Shown: positions 34,929-47,422 of the stretch, piece after piece
Numbering within the stretch: position 1 is the first letter of the stretch
Layout of the letters: each line of letters starts with the position of its first letter
Assembly (NCBI GenBank): GCA_001949185.1
Contig: BDGG01000001.1
Coordinates: forward strand, 8,992,711 to 9,056,710
Direction: 5' to 3'
DNA from: Ramazzottius varieornatus
Lineage: Eukaryota > Animalia > Tardigrada
DNA: 64,000 nucleotides
The notes under the pieces: generated by a model
What the model was told of the DNA's origin: nothing
Seen by the model: only the letters and a program-made list of their open reading frames with translations
Databases searched by the model: none
Program-made: the position numbers and the translations under genes

Positions 34929-36236
34929 TCATTGGTGAAGTGCCGGCCCGGGAGCAACGGGTGGCGATTGTTCCTTGGTCCTGGCTTTTCCTTTGCAGGA
35001 TATTTCTTTGAGTTTATTTGCTGGCCTCATCATCCTTTCTACAAATAGCCTGGCTCGGGATTCGGCCGGCAGCTTGGAGATGGATTCTTTGATGCTTAGT
35101 AAGGAAACACAGAGTACAACGAGCACAGCTCCTATGATGCTGAAATAATGCGGCATCATCTTGAAAATGGTTATTTGCCATATAAAAGCCCAGACAATGT
35201 CTCCTGTCCGCAGCAGGGCGATCAAGCTGGCGGTTTCCAGACGTAAGGCTCGGACCATGGATTCGCTAGACAACCAGGCCAGAAATCCCACTCCGAAGAA
35301 AGCTCCGATCTCTTTGGGATCGTTCATGGGGCCAAACTGGTTCAAGGCACCGGTGACGATGGCGGAGACGATCAAACCGATAACCGCCATGTAGAAGAGT
35401 ACAAAGTTACTGTCCAGGTTTTTCATGTGGCGGATGGTGACGTAGACGGAAGCTGTGAACATGGCCGAGGCGATAGATGCTACGTAGCCCCAAATTCGTC
35501 CATTCCAGTCCACGGACGTCTCGGCCACCAAGGTGCCAAAGATGGCTGGTGGTCGAGAGACCAAGATGCATCCGGTTAAGGTAACCACGATGGCCAGGGC
35601 ATGGGACCAGCGGAAGGGCTCCTTGAGGAATATTCGACTGAAAATGGCAACAAAGACGGGACTGCTGAACATGATGACGGAGGCATCGGCTAGGGGAAGC
35701 TTCTGTAGAGCGTAGTAGCGGGTGAATGTGGCGCCGCATCCCAATACCCCGCGCAGAACCAAAACCCAACCCACACTCCTTACTAATTTCCAGGCGAAAG
35801 GATTCTTCTTGTGATAGATCAACAGTAAGGTTGGCGGTATAATCATAACGGCAAAGCGATAGGTCGATACTTCAAAGATGCTGCGAGTATCGTTGAATTT
35901 GACCAAAAGAGAAATGAAGGAGTTGCATAAGCCGGAAAATAGTCCGAGGAATATACCAAACATGGACTTGAGGTTCTTGCGGAATCCCCCCTTGCTGGCT
36001 GGACTATCGGGTGCGGCATCCTGTACCGGGCTGGGTGCGTCACTGGGGCCACTGGGAGCAATGGGGATAACGCAGTTTGTTGGCGGACGTACGGACTTAT
36101 CGATGTCCGTATCCAGGTACTCTTTGTGGTCGAAAAGAGGAATGACATATGGACACTGACGAGCGGGGAAGGACAGATTTGTCAAGCCTGTTTCCACCTG
36201 CCCCAAACTTTTGGATTTGAAGAGCGTTTGTTTCAT
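34929..36236 (-). CDS. Solute carrier family 35 member G1-like (EamA/DMT) transporter, intronless, about 435 aa
   Basis: About 10 TM segments in two EamA repeats: LVLRGVLG, YYALQKLPLADASVIMFSSPVFVAIFSRIFLKEP, GCILVSRPPAIFG, ALRLETASLIALLRT.DIV.AF..Q. First ATG in the frame is at 36236. Confidence 0.92.
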   Translation of the reverse strand: MKQTLFKSKSLGQVETGLTNLSFPARQCPYVIPLFDHKEYLDTDIDKSVRPPTNCVIPIAPSGPSDAPSPVQDAAPDSPASKGGFRKNLKSMFGIFLGLFSGLCNSFISLLVKFNDTRSIFEVSTYRFAVMIIPPTLLLIYHKKNPFAWKLVRSVGWVLVLRGVLGCGATFTRYYALQKLPLADASVIMFSSPVFVAIFSRIFLKEPFRWSHALAIVVTLTGCILVSRPPAIFGTLVAETSVDWNGRIWGYVASIASAMFTASVYVTIRHMKNLDSNFVLFYMAVIGLIVSAIVTGALNQFGPMNDPKEIGAFFGVGFLAWLSSESMVRALRLETASLIALLRTGDIVWAFIWQITIFKMMPHYFSIIGAVLVVLCVSLLSIKESISKLPAESRARLFVERMMRPANKLKEISCKGKARTKEQSPPVAPGPALHQ

Positions 36237-36635
36237 TTCGAAGTTGGCCTTGATAGACTTCGAGAAAGAAAGGTTCCCGACTATGTGCAGTTTAAGAACA
36301 TTCAAGTAGTCTTGTACAACTCTAAAACGATAACTGAGTTTTCTCTTTTATACTTAGGCAGCAACCTTACTGCTCTATAAGAGGGTGCGGTCAAGGAAAC
36401 TGCACATTGCCGAACTATTTTTTTGGCATTACGGGGAATTTTCCTGTTGTCTCTGTGGCCGATCAGTGACGTACACCACGCTTCACGCTATCCAAAAGTT
36501 CACTTCAGTATACGGTTACGCGGATGTAAGTCTTTCTATAATCCTGGCTCGTACCCAGAACAGCGTGCTGACTAAGGTGTCATACAAGGAAGGTTCGCAG
36601 TGCTTACAGAGAACCATCAAACAAACAGAAACAGT

Positions 36636-36891
36636 ACCTCAAGTCCATGTTTGGTATATTCCTCGGACAATTTTCCGGCTTATGCAACTTCATTTCTCTT
36701 TTGGTCAAATTCAACGATACTCGCAGCATCTTTGAAGTATCGACCTATCGCTTTGCCGTTATGATTATACCGCCAACCTTACTGTTGATCTATCACAAGA
36801 AGAATCCTTTCGCCTGGAAATTAGTAAGGAGTGTGGGTTGGGTTTTGGTTCTGCGCGGGGTATTGGGATGCGGCGCCACATTCACCCGCTA
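36636..36891 (+). repeat. Inverted duplication of SLC35G coding segment 35716-35974
   Basis: 256 bp matching the reverse complement of 35716-35974 except for a 3-bp deletion and about one substitution. The ORF track shows the same peptide on both strands. Confidence 0.97.
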
Positions 36892-38783
36892 GCCGGCTTA
36901 AGATTCCCTCTGTCGTCCAACTTATGGGCCCTTACGCAATGTTCTCCTTCTTATGTCGTTCAATGTTTTGCTATATTTTGATAATCTCTTCTTTTAACGT
37001 CGATCATTCTCCTCGATTCTATGACATTTTCTGCCTTGTATCGGCAGCTTGCCGAGATTTACCAAGTACATAGTCGCAGTGGCTAGTAGAATCTGATAGT
37101 TTGCCTGGGTAGACTGAGACTTTCAAATCAACCGACATCAAACAGTAACAACAAGCAGAAGATCGTTGCGTATCCACCCGGTTCTTTTTCCCATGAATTA
37201 GCAGTCCACAGGGTTCGAAGACACCTCAAACAGCTGACGTTGTAGATGTGCGATAAAGCTTGGTAATATGATCCATCTTTAATGACAGCACAAGAGCCGG
37301 ATGATTTCAGACAAGTGGCGGATGATTCCAGTCGGGATGTGAGCTTTGCGACCTTGTGCGGAAAAAGTAACCGTTGGCAGTGCTTGAGCAGCAGTTTTAC
37401 AGCCGGCGCTAGTCAGAAAAGACGGCGATAACTAAATAAGCATCAGCGTTTTCGACAGCTCAACCGTGGAAGACGCTGCATCAAACATAACAAAAGCGTC
37501 AGCTATTAATGCAAGCTTGTTTGATATTGTGGGTGAGAGGCCTGCCCCGGCAAACAGTACTTTATGGGGGACAAAATTTCCTCGTAAATGTACCCCGCAC
37601 GTGACGGTCGGTTCGTAATTGGGTACGGTTCCCAGTCAGGAACCGGCAACGGGCAAATAGAAAAGAACGATAGGCTGTATAATTGACTACTGAACTTGCA
37701 TGTTTTTAATTACCCATGTGTCATACGAGCCGTGACGTAAGGGCCATGGTTGCCATTCCCCGACTGTTTTCCACAAGGTACTGTGGGTGGTAAACTTCCG
37801 TTATGTACGAGCCATCTGTTATGAGAAATACGAATCAGCGGATCAAACTTTGGGGCGTCAGCAAGAAGTAGCTTTTAATCGGTTCTAAAGCTGCAGAGGG
37901 CGAAGCTGTGTGTTCGTTCCAATATACAGTATATATTGAACAGCCCAATCGAATGCCGCAGAATTCCTTTGGACTTTCACAAATCTAGTTACGTACATGA
38001 TATATTTCAATAGTATATGGCCAACGCCACCGCACCAGAGAGACCACAAGCTCGTCGCTTGGCAGGGGCATATATACATACGCAAAATTGTGAGACCAAA
38101 TTTGGCGTCGTATTGAAGGCCGATGGAAGGGTGCATGCTGCAAGTCGCCCTGCAGTTCACAAAGACCACTTCCTTCTCCCAGATCCCCTGGACGATAAAA
38201 CGTCGGTATAGACTTCTAAAATAGATGCGCCTGCAAGAAAATTTGCTAGAGACTTCAACGGCCGGATGATTTTTGTAGGTTACAAGTCGCCAGCTGCTGG
38301 ATGGTCTCGAGACTTCCATCGCCGTATTCTTCCTCGATACAATACGCCATACGCCCACGACGTGCTCGTGGGCAGTTTGATGGGTGGCCTTCTAGCAGTT
38401 TGTGGAATGGGTCGTCCGTCCGTCCGGCATTCCTGCGAAACAGACACTCGTGTCTGTGGTCATGTCCCTACTGGGAGTGCTGAGGTCACACAATTCCTGA
38501 CATACTTCTGCTTATTGCGGCCTGCTAAGGACGCGTCGAGGGTTCCATACCGCGAATTGGAAGCTCTTCACATTTCATACTTGCGGCAAAGCTCACGTTT
38601 CTTCTTAGCATGTCCCTTTTAGCATCGCTCAAATGTGCACATCGGCATAAAGTGACAAATTCTGACCGGTCAATTCCCTCGAATAATTTCTGCTTTGTCC
38701 GCTGTATATAAAAGCGGAAAATCAACTTTTAGTTCAGTGTCTATCTTTTTGCGGTAATCTCATGATTACCCACTGTCGGTACA

Positions 38784-39759
38784 ATGAACGGTCTTATCTC
38801 TCTGTGCCTTCTCGTTGTGGTGGGGTGTGTGTCGGCCGAGCTGTCCCAGTTCGGACCTCGACGTTCGTCGAAAGAGTCCGCTGAAAAACCTCGACTCCCC
38901 AACGTTAGCGGTGGCGCACTGGCTAAGCCGCAAAATGGGGCAGCTCAAGCTGCAGGACAACCGGCCCGCGCTTCCAGGTAAGAGTGCAAACACCTTCTCT
39001 TTTCAAGTATGTAGCCACCTTAACGGCGTCTTATTTCACATTGATTCACGACGTTGAGTACCCAGGCCAAAGAGAAGTGTTTTCTGCCTCGTAGTGCGAC
39101 TTCGCGGCCAAACAGGTTGCCTGCCAAGAAACGCAGCAGTCATTCATCTGCCAAGCTGACTGCGTCGGCCCAGCCAGAATTAACCCAGGTACAACAACAG
39201 CACCTTATCACAGTCTTCGGAGGAAGTTGACTCTTTGAAAGAGCGCGAACATCCCCATGGTAAGTCGCAGCATGGCGGCCAACACCACAGCAAAGGCAAT
39301 GCTGGATCCTTGGGCAAACCCGCTCGACACGCCAGGGGCAGCGCTCTTCCATCAGCTGGACCTGCTCTTCCCCCGTCATCGTCAAACTCGACTAACAAGA
39401 CCAACGGCTCTTCAGTGGCCAGTTCAGCTGCCTCTGGAAAGCATTCTTCCAAAGAATCCGGCGACAGTCACTCTTCCGAAGAGTCGGCAAAGAAACATCG
39501 TCCTTCCAAGTCCGATGGTGGTCACAGCCACAAAGACTCTGGCAGCTCCGACTCCGACGAACACAAGAGTCGTCCACATAGGGCCGGACACTGTCAAGAA
39601 GGAGCAGATACCAAGCTGACACAAGCTATCCTGAAACAGATCTTGAAAGGTGAGCCTGTCAAGGTCAAGGTCGAGAAGAAAGCCAAGATCTTTTTCGAGC
39701 AAGAGAAAGACAGCGATAGCAGCAGCGGCAGCAGCCGAAGAAAAGAAGTCCCATTCTAG
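38784..39759 (+). CDS. Secreted Ser/His/Lys-rich low-complexity protein of unknown function, about 255-260 aa
   Basis: Signal peptide MNGLISLCLLVVVGCVSA. Donor AG|GTAAG at 38978 splices in frame to the acceptor at 39188, with an optional 21-nt exon at 39095-39115. Open to TAG at 39759. Confidence 0.75.
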
Positions 39760-40354
39760 CTCTGACAAAGCAGGATCTCATGCTTCTGCAAAAGTTCACA
39801 TTCATTGAGTCTGACTCCAGCTCACACCCTACCGTCACTTCATCCCCAGTCGTTTCCTATCTCTTTGGTTCATTCCATCTGTCATTTGACAGCTGCACAA
39901 TGTTAAACACGTATTTTCAGTGTCATACTTGGAACTTAGGATGGGTCAATAACATGTCTGTTGCTCTCAGGAACGATGTTAGTCTGCAGGAGAGGATGGT
40001 TGCGAAAAGGAGCCGAGTAATTACCTTTAGAGGAAAGGTTTATTGGGGTGAGAAGCGCCTTCCTGTTTACGATGATGATGATATAAAGAGGAAGACGCTT
40101 GCGAGGCTGTTGGTTGATGCAGTGTTAGCCGCAAAAGTCTCCTAATCCAAAGAGGCTGATCCATGAGGTGTAGGAGGTGCCACTCACCAGCCGGCTCAAG
40201 ATCGTCGTCGGCCATAATCGGTCCACTTTTCGATACGGCAGCCCACTTCGTACCAGCCAAAAAAAGGCGAACGGGTCGCGCAGCCTCGGTGAATGTTCCT
40301 CCAGTGTCCAGTGCAGTTCAATACGGACAATTGACCTTCTTTGCTCGATTGTGT

Positions 40355-40410
40355 ACTTCACAGGTGGTATCAGTTCGCAAACTTCACAGGTGGTATCAGT
40401 TCGCAAACTT
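40355..40410. repeat. Perfect 26-bp tandem duplication
   Basis: ACTTCACAGGTGGTATCAGTTCGCAA occurs twice in tandem. Confidence 0.9.
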
Positions 40411-40542
40411 TTGCCGATATTTGAGAAAATCTTGAGAGGAAAAACGTATACTTACTACGTCTAAAGTAGACAAGGGGCAAAGACGCTTCCATGAAAATTC
40501 TAGAGGCAGCTAGATTAGATTCGCTACAGAGGAAAACGTATC

Positions 40543-43500
40543 CTAGATTCGCGTCTCCATTTTAGGAACTTGAACAGGTATATACAAGGAGGAACTGAGA
40601 CGACTAGAATCAGCCAAGGATGGTGCCGCTCTCTGGGGTCGCTCTTTGATATTCTCATAGAGACTACTGCTTCTAGCTGATCCATCCGTCGTTGCCGTTC
40701 GACCGACAAACGAAGGCTGCTCATCCTGGAAGACACTGGCCGTCTGGGAAGGTAGTGGGGCGTAGACCGTGTGCTGTAGGGCAATGACGCTTCTGCTGGC
40801 GTTCTCTTCCGCCTGCAACTTCTTGGAGGCGTCCCAGCACGTCTTGGGTAGGTCCTTCCTCGCCAGCCAGAAGACCACCGTCGCTTCCATATTCCATACT
40901 AACACCGATACGAAAGCCATGTACGGACTCAGCGTCGAGTCTTTCAGCCAGTACGGCAAAGCTGCCAGGCTTAACGTCGCGACAAACAGTGTCAGATACA
41001 GAAGGAGAACGGTGGCGTGGTAATTGTAACCCAACTTTCCATCATCCAACACCGTTGACAGAACAAGCTTCTTCTTCCTCCTAGAGGAAATGACGATGGT
41101 AACGAAGAGCATGAACGAGGCAAGTATCATGACAGTAATGGGCACAAGGAATAGGCAGAGATTGGCTTGGGCTCTTGTGTTGGTATGCAGGAAGGCGGCC
41201 AAACAAGTAACCAACACGGGAACTCCCCAGCCAAACAAATACAGACCGCCTAGACCAACCCGTGCTCCGGACCCCTGAATATCACCATTAGGCAGTGCCC
41301 TTGCCGCTTCAACGTCCACTTCCAGCAGGCCCTGCATGGCCGCTGCTCTTTGGGGACTGTAGCCGGTCCTCTGGCGAGCTACAACACTCCGTCGATGGCG
41401 GAATATGGTGTACAAGCCCAGGAAGATCCAGGTGAGGATGGTGAGGGTGAAGTAATGCAGGACGAAGGCGACGACGGCGGTGACGGAGCGGTTGGGGCTG
41501 TAGTTGAAGGCCGTGCTGTACAGCAGCAGCAAGGCCAGGACAGCGCTCCAGGTGTTCAGCAAGGAGTGCCTAAAGACGCGGTCGAGGACCATCGAGGAAA
41601 AGTAAATGGCGTACAGGAAGAGGAGGGAGAGGTGAACGACGATGGCCAGGACGCAGCCGATAAAGACCAGGATGGGAATTGCGCCAGTTGAGCGGGGGCT
41701 TCCGGTGTGTTGCGCCAGAAACACTTCCAACGGCTGCGAAAAGAAACAAAAGCCTCTTGATTATTTTATAAGGCTTTTCACATTAATTCTTGGTGACAAA
41801 TGGATTTGAGTTAAATTTCTATAACGTATTCAGATTTCGGTATTGGCTGTTTTTTTTGGGACAGTGTGCGCCGCTTCACCTGGATGATGGTAACGAATGT
41901 TCCAATGGACCCACATTGGACCTTCACAAACTCGGAGTCTTCTGGCCTCTCGACTTCCAAACAGTTACCGAACATGTCTTTGATCTGTTCAGAGAATGCC
42001 CATGGTGAAGCTTGTTCGGGCAAGCCCGATGCCTGCAGCTCCACAGTCCACTTTCTCGGTGCAGTTCCGGGTTGATTATGGAGAGGGAAGACACCGATGA
42101 CCATACTGATCGGTGTGTGGGCCCTGTCCAAGGTCGCCGCGAATATCTTGACGTTACGGAAAGCCAGCACCAGTGCCCTTCCTTCCCAGTTGCCGTCTCT
42201 GTGGATTCTAATTGTGCTGTTGCGAAGACCGACCGCATCTGTGAAGATACCGAATCGAAATACTTTGAATTATTTTTCAATAAATTATTGGAAACGATTT
42301 CACAGAACAAACCTGTCTTGTCGATAGTTCCGGAACACTCAAGCTGAAGCCTGGTCAGCTCTCCCATGCCAACCTGGCAAGAGACTTGTTCGTCTCGGTT
42401 GAGCTGCACGAGGTTGAGGGCAAAGTGCTTGAGGGAAGTGGGCATTGTTTCGGCCATGAAGGAACACGTCGTCAGGATGATCTGCACGATGCGTTGCGAA
42501 AGGTTCAGCCTTTGCTGGCCTTCTTCCAAGATGGTGTAGGACGTGTTGAGGAGCCAGTTAACGATGGGGAGGACTTCGCTGTGCAGACTGGCCTTCGTCG
42601 AACCTTCCTGAAAACACCGCAAACATGAACAAAGGGGATCCACTTCAAGCACCTGCATACGTCCTTATTACGGCAGCTGCATAGTTCGACGTACCCAGGT
42701 ACATAACGCTCGAGAACCTGCATGCAGGATTAAATGATGAAATGCAGGGTTCGATAATTATATGCATGTATGTAACACTCGATCTGTGTACGTTCTTACT
42801 GCAGCATACGCAGGGTTCGTTGTATGCAGGCATACGAAAACCTGAGCATACTCCAACACGATAGATGCGGAGATGGATGTATGCAGGCATTTGAGATAAA
42901 AATGATATCTCTTACCGCGTGGCTCAAGATGTTTTCCAGAGCCTGAAGAACCAAATCGACATAGTCGGCATCGAGGATGACCCGATCGGTAGTTTCGTTC
43001 AGGATGTAGGTCTTGAGGATGGCCGGGACGAAGCTGGCCGATTCGGCGCTGACTTGACTACCGATGCGCGCCACGTATTCGCCCATCACTCGGGCAAACT
43101 CACTCGTCAGCTGGCAGCGCGACACGTCCAACTTCTGCCATTGTCCATCCGGAGCGCATATGTGACTGGCCAGCGGAGAATCGTCCTGCTCCGCCTCACA
43201 GGGAATGGTGGTGACTTGACCCAAAGCGAGGGTCTCTGGCCAGTAGAAACTACCGCGAGTGGTTAGTGTGTGGTTTGACGGACACTTCACCCCTACCGGA
43301 TCCAGTACCTGCAAAAAAAATTCATGAAAACTATTCCACCCATTCGTGAGGTCGGAAAAGAAGCTGTTAAACAAAAAGGCAAAACAACCGGTTCACATTT
43401 TCTAAACCTTCGCGACATTTGGAGTTTGGCAGTCAAACTCGCCAAAACTGTTTTCTCAAGTGGCGCACGCTTGCTGAGTGTTGGCTGGAGCCGTGAGCCA

Positions 43501-45653
43501 CTCGAAAAAACAACCTTGTCCAGTTTGTTTTCTTGATCTACTGCAAAATGACATCACAAAATGTACATAATAAGCATGTGTGAAAATATTGGCTTACCGA
43601 TAAGCGACGACTGGTGGTCTGGTTGTTGCGGGAGGTGTAGGCGAAGCAGGTCCAGTTGCCGTTGTGTTGCGCGGAGAGCTGGGTGATGTTCAGTCGTCCG
43701 ACAATGAGTCCGCGGTCGTCCGACAGCCGGAAGTCGACCGAGATGTTGGCTGGCAGCCCAGACTGGCCCAGCGACCACACCATGTGAGTACCGCCTTCGC
43801 CCAAGACGTTGGTGGCCCAGCATTCCATGCTAAAATTGTCGCCGGCGACGACCATCTGGTTGTGGGAAGGTGAAATGTCCAACCGATGCAGCTCGATCGG
43901 ATTGCCTAGCGCCACCAATGTAATATTAGCCACATCAGGCAAAACAGAATTTCTCTGTGGCTACTTACTTTCATTGCATGTAAATTCTTCTCCTCGTAAA
44001 CTGGATAAGCGGCGACCGCGGACCAGTCTGGGTGTGAAACAGGTGGTGGCAGCATCTTGCAAAAGTGACAGCTTGCCTTGGCGCAGTCGAACGGACAACC
44101 AAGACAAGTCACAATCACACATCAGCGGCGTCCCAGAAATACCTCTACATAACAGATGAGGAAGACATTTGAAAAAAAACGTGTATACAAACACGACACA
44201 CTGCCGGACGAAACTCAAAAGGATATCGGTCAGGAAATTCTGCACTGTGTACGTACAACTGTGTTATCGAAGGCAGAAGTTCCAAGCTGCGTTCTTGGAT
44301 TTGCGTGATAGGATTATCCGACAACAATCTGGAAGACAGCGAAATGGAACAACCGCCAAGGCTGACTTCAAAGTGGACCAAATACTGCTTTGCCACATTT
44401 TTAGAAATATGTTTTGGCTTCCTTCTGCTTTGGTTGAAATTCTTACAGTTTCTGAAGTTTTGGAAGTCCTCGGAACGATTCGAGCGAGACAACTGTCAGC
44501 TTGTTGAAGGACAGATCCCTGCAACATCAAAGTCCTCATTGAAAAACTTGCTGCCTTTCAGTCGCCAACAAGGAAAAGACGGTTAACCCGGAAAGGGTTT
44601 CCTCTTGCGTACTTACAGAACTTGAAGTTCGGTCATCCCCGTGAAGGCTCCCGCAGCCACGTCCGCAATTTGGTTATGGCTGACATTCCTACACAGTGGC
44701 AGAAGAAAAAGCATCAGCGGTCAGTGAAGGGCAGTGCAAACTGGAAAATTAACGATATCATCAGTATTCCTTCTGTCAAGCGTCTTGGCTGGACAACAAA
44801 ATCCATTTGACACAGTCGGTGGAGGTTATTTATTGGATAGATTAAACATTAACCTGACAAGAGCGATTAGCCTACAGCACCATCAGCATAAAACATCGAT
44901 TAAGACGACGCCTGCAGATGCTCGTCCTGATCTCTCCTTACGCCTCATATCGCACTCTTCCTCCTGTCTTCCGCCTTGAACTGTCAGACGGTATCACCAT
45001 TAACGTCTAACGATCATTACCGAATACATTCTTTCTTCTCTCCTCTTCTCTCCCCAATCCCTATACACCACACCGGGCCGATTACTCAATTAAAGACAAC
45101 AGAAGACGCCGACATGCCCTCATAAACCCATAAAGAATACCATCAGCGTTCCTGTTCGACACTGCCAAAAACAATTTGTGCCTTCCGCTTTACAACATGG
45201 TAAAAGGTCCTTACAGTGTCAGCAGAGTCGCCGTCACATTCTGGAATTCGTTCCGCTCCAATTTGGAGATCGAATTGCGGCTGAAATCTCTGTAAAAGAA
45301 TATTCAGATCATAATATAAATGGCACATGACGTCATGCGACGGCGAGATCATCAATACCGCACAGTGTATAGCCGATTCAGCGGTCTGACGCCGTCGTAC
45401 AACTTGATAATCTTAAATTGGAATCTGCATCAGAGTTTCTCGGACTGCTAAACAACGTAGAGCTGCGAATTTCGAGACTGACTCACAGAGCTGTGGTGTT
45501 CGGCAGTAAATGGGGAAGATGCTGGAGGATTTCTTTGGCCGTTTCCAGCTTTCCATGACACGCAAAGGTGGTGTTTCTCAGGATAGGACAATTCGCATGA
45601 ATGAGTGTGGCAAGCGTCATGCAAAGAAAAACACCGATAAGTGTTCCAGCCAT
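40543..45653 (-). CDS. Adhesion GPCR, ADGRA (GPR124/GPR125)-like: LRR-Ig-HRM-GAIN-7TM
   Basis: Signal peptide; LRR LLSDNPITQI; LRRCT PLMCDCDLSWL; Ig domain with GNWTC; hormone-receptor motif RGSFYWPET...C..DGQW...DVSRC; 7TM with HSLLNTW, LHYFTL...W and YLFGWGVP; C-terminal PDZ-type motif ETRI. Confidence 0.85.
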
Positions 45654-46252
45654 CCCTCTTCTGGAACGGAATCGCAGGAACGAAAGGTGGCCACAGTGCT
45701 TCAAGGAAAGCAACGATGTACCGGCTTCATCGGGAGGAATGCGAAACTTCCGGCGGCGGCAATTCTGCAAAGGGATGGAAACTTCATCACACACACAGAT
45801 GCACTTCATAAATCAGCCGCTTATCTTTAGCGTCTTTACCGTAGAGGCAGCATGCAGAGCAAGTTTCGTAAAGTGTGATCCACATGTAAAGGAGAGGCAA
45901 CAGATGAGTGTCGGAGGTATGAATGGATAATGGAACTTGTTGAAATCGGCCAATGTTTACATCGCCGGCAGAGTAAACGGTATAAAGTGCCATTTTTCCT
46001 CTTGTTCCACTCCCTCTTCAAAAGGGCCGTGCCCGACCACGCCTCGCTGCCGTAGCCATCCATTCACGATCGATTAGCCAAGTAACAGAACGAGGCGATA
46101 GGATGGCTCTCGAAGGAGGCGGAGGCAACAGCTCACGCTTCTGATTGTTGATTGTTCTGTTTCAGTTCGTAGTCGAAACAGCTGCAAGAACTCAGAACTC
46201 TGCTCAAGCTTTGCTTCCCAGTCGTAGCGTAGCGAATCTCGGGTCTGACAGG

Positions 46253-46596
46253 ATGGATCCAGGAATGGCAGGATTCTTCATGGGGCCGGGAAGTGGAGCA
46301 CCGAGGAAACCGAAGTACGAAGGACGACTTGCCGTGCTCAACGACATCTACAATGATCCACTAAAATGGTGAGTTTTCTTTCGCAATCAGTCATCATGCT
46401 GCGGGCCTGCGGCTGGTGCAGTTGAAGTATCCGCAGTACAGAGTACTCTACCACCTGTCTATCTGTGTTCTCTAGGGGCATCATCAAGAGTCTCGTCTTC
46501 TTCGGAGGAGGCGTATACCTGGCGCGACAGCTGAAAGGACTGGATATTATGCAGATTGTGCAGCCGCCGTCTCCCGGTGCTTATCCCCAGTTCTAA
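46253..46596 (+). CDS. TOMM6: Mitochondrial import receptor subunit TOM6-like, 78 aa, 2 exons (46253-46368, 46476-46596)
   Basis: Spliced product ...NDIYNDPLKWGIIKSLVFFGGGVYLARQLKGLDIMQ... matches the metazoan TOM6 tail pattern (LF..GVWLARNL..IDLM). Confidence 0.75.
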
Positions 46597-47032
46597 GCTT
46601 CCACGTCGTTGAGCTTTGTTTCGTTCTCTTCGTTTGTTTATTTTTATTCTTTACTTCTTGTGTCCACGTATCTTGCAGAATCCCGTCGAAATCTGGCTGC
46701 ACGATTGGATTGTAAACGTTCGACTTCGATGGTTCTGTGTTCGTGCTCAAAACTGATACATCTGGCGAGTAAATCATTTCAGCCAACTGCGATTCGAAGC
46801 TTCCCACAACGGACAGATTTCGAATTTTACAATCAAAGTATTCAACGACAGACGTCTGTAAAGCGGGCAAAGCTCTCAAAATGCAAGGTGAATTCGCCCC
46901 TGACGTAAAGACGACGTAAAAGATGACGTGACGCGTCAGTTCATCTGGGTAGTGACAGAACACACTGCAAATTCTTAATTTGTAATTTGAATATTCGAAT
47001 ATTTGATACAATCTACGTGAGACTGTTTCCTT

Positions 47033-47422
47033 CTATCTGGCATGTCCGAGATTTTGCGGGCTCTGTCCAGTTCCTGGTCGAGAAAACTTTATCTTTCCGA
47101 CCTCTTTGGCTTGATCCGTACGGGAACTGGGCAAGCCTTCGCCACCTGCTCCCAGAAGCTGCTCCTTGGACTTGTCGAGCACCAGCGTCGGTGGCTGCAT
47201 CTCACGTCGTCCATCCCGAGCGTAGTAGTAAACATTGGATAGCTTGTGGTACGGGCCACCAGGTATTTGAGGGGGAGGAGGGTTGTGGGAGCTTTGCTCA
47301 TCCGCAAAGCGATTAGGGTTGATCACCTCACGTCCGAAACACCAGTTGCGAAACGTCACCAGTGGCCAGGTTAGATCGCGATGGGCAAACTTCTGTGCCC
47401 ACGCCAACCTTGGACGTGACAT
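47033..47422 (-). CDS. NDUFA7: NADH dehydrogenase 1 alpha subcomplex subunit 7 (B14.5a)
   Basis: PPPPQIPGGPYHKLSNVYYYARDGRREMQPP signature; single coding exon. Confidence 0.93.
   Translation of the reverse strand: MSRPRLAWAQKFAHRDLTWPLVTFRNWCFGREVINPNRFADEQSSHNPPPPQIPGGPYHKLSNVYYYARDGRREMQPPTLVLDKSKEQLLGAGGEGLPSSRTDQAKEVGKIKFSRPGTGQSPQNLGHAR

Noticed and set aside
36647-36892. 81-aa plus-strand ORF as an independent gene
   Set aside because: It lies entirely within the inverted duplication and stops at its junction, so it is treated as a repeat.
38266-38410. HDVLVGSLMGGLLA resembling the PAP2 phosphatase C3 motif
   Set aside because: No K-x6-RP or PSGH motifs found and no coherent gene model; at most a relic.
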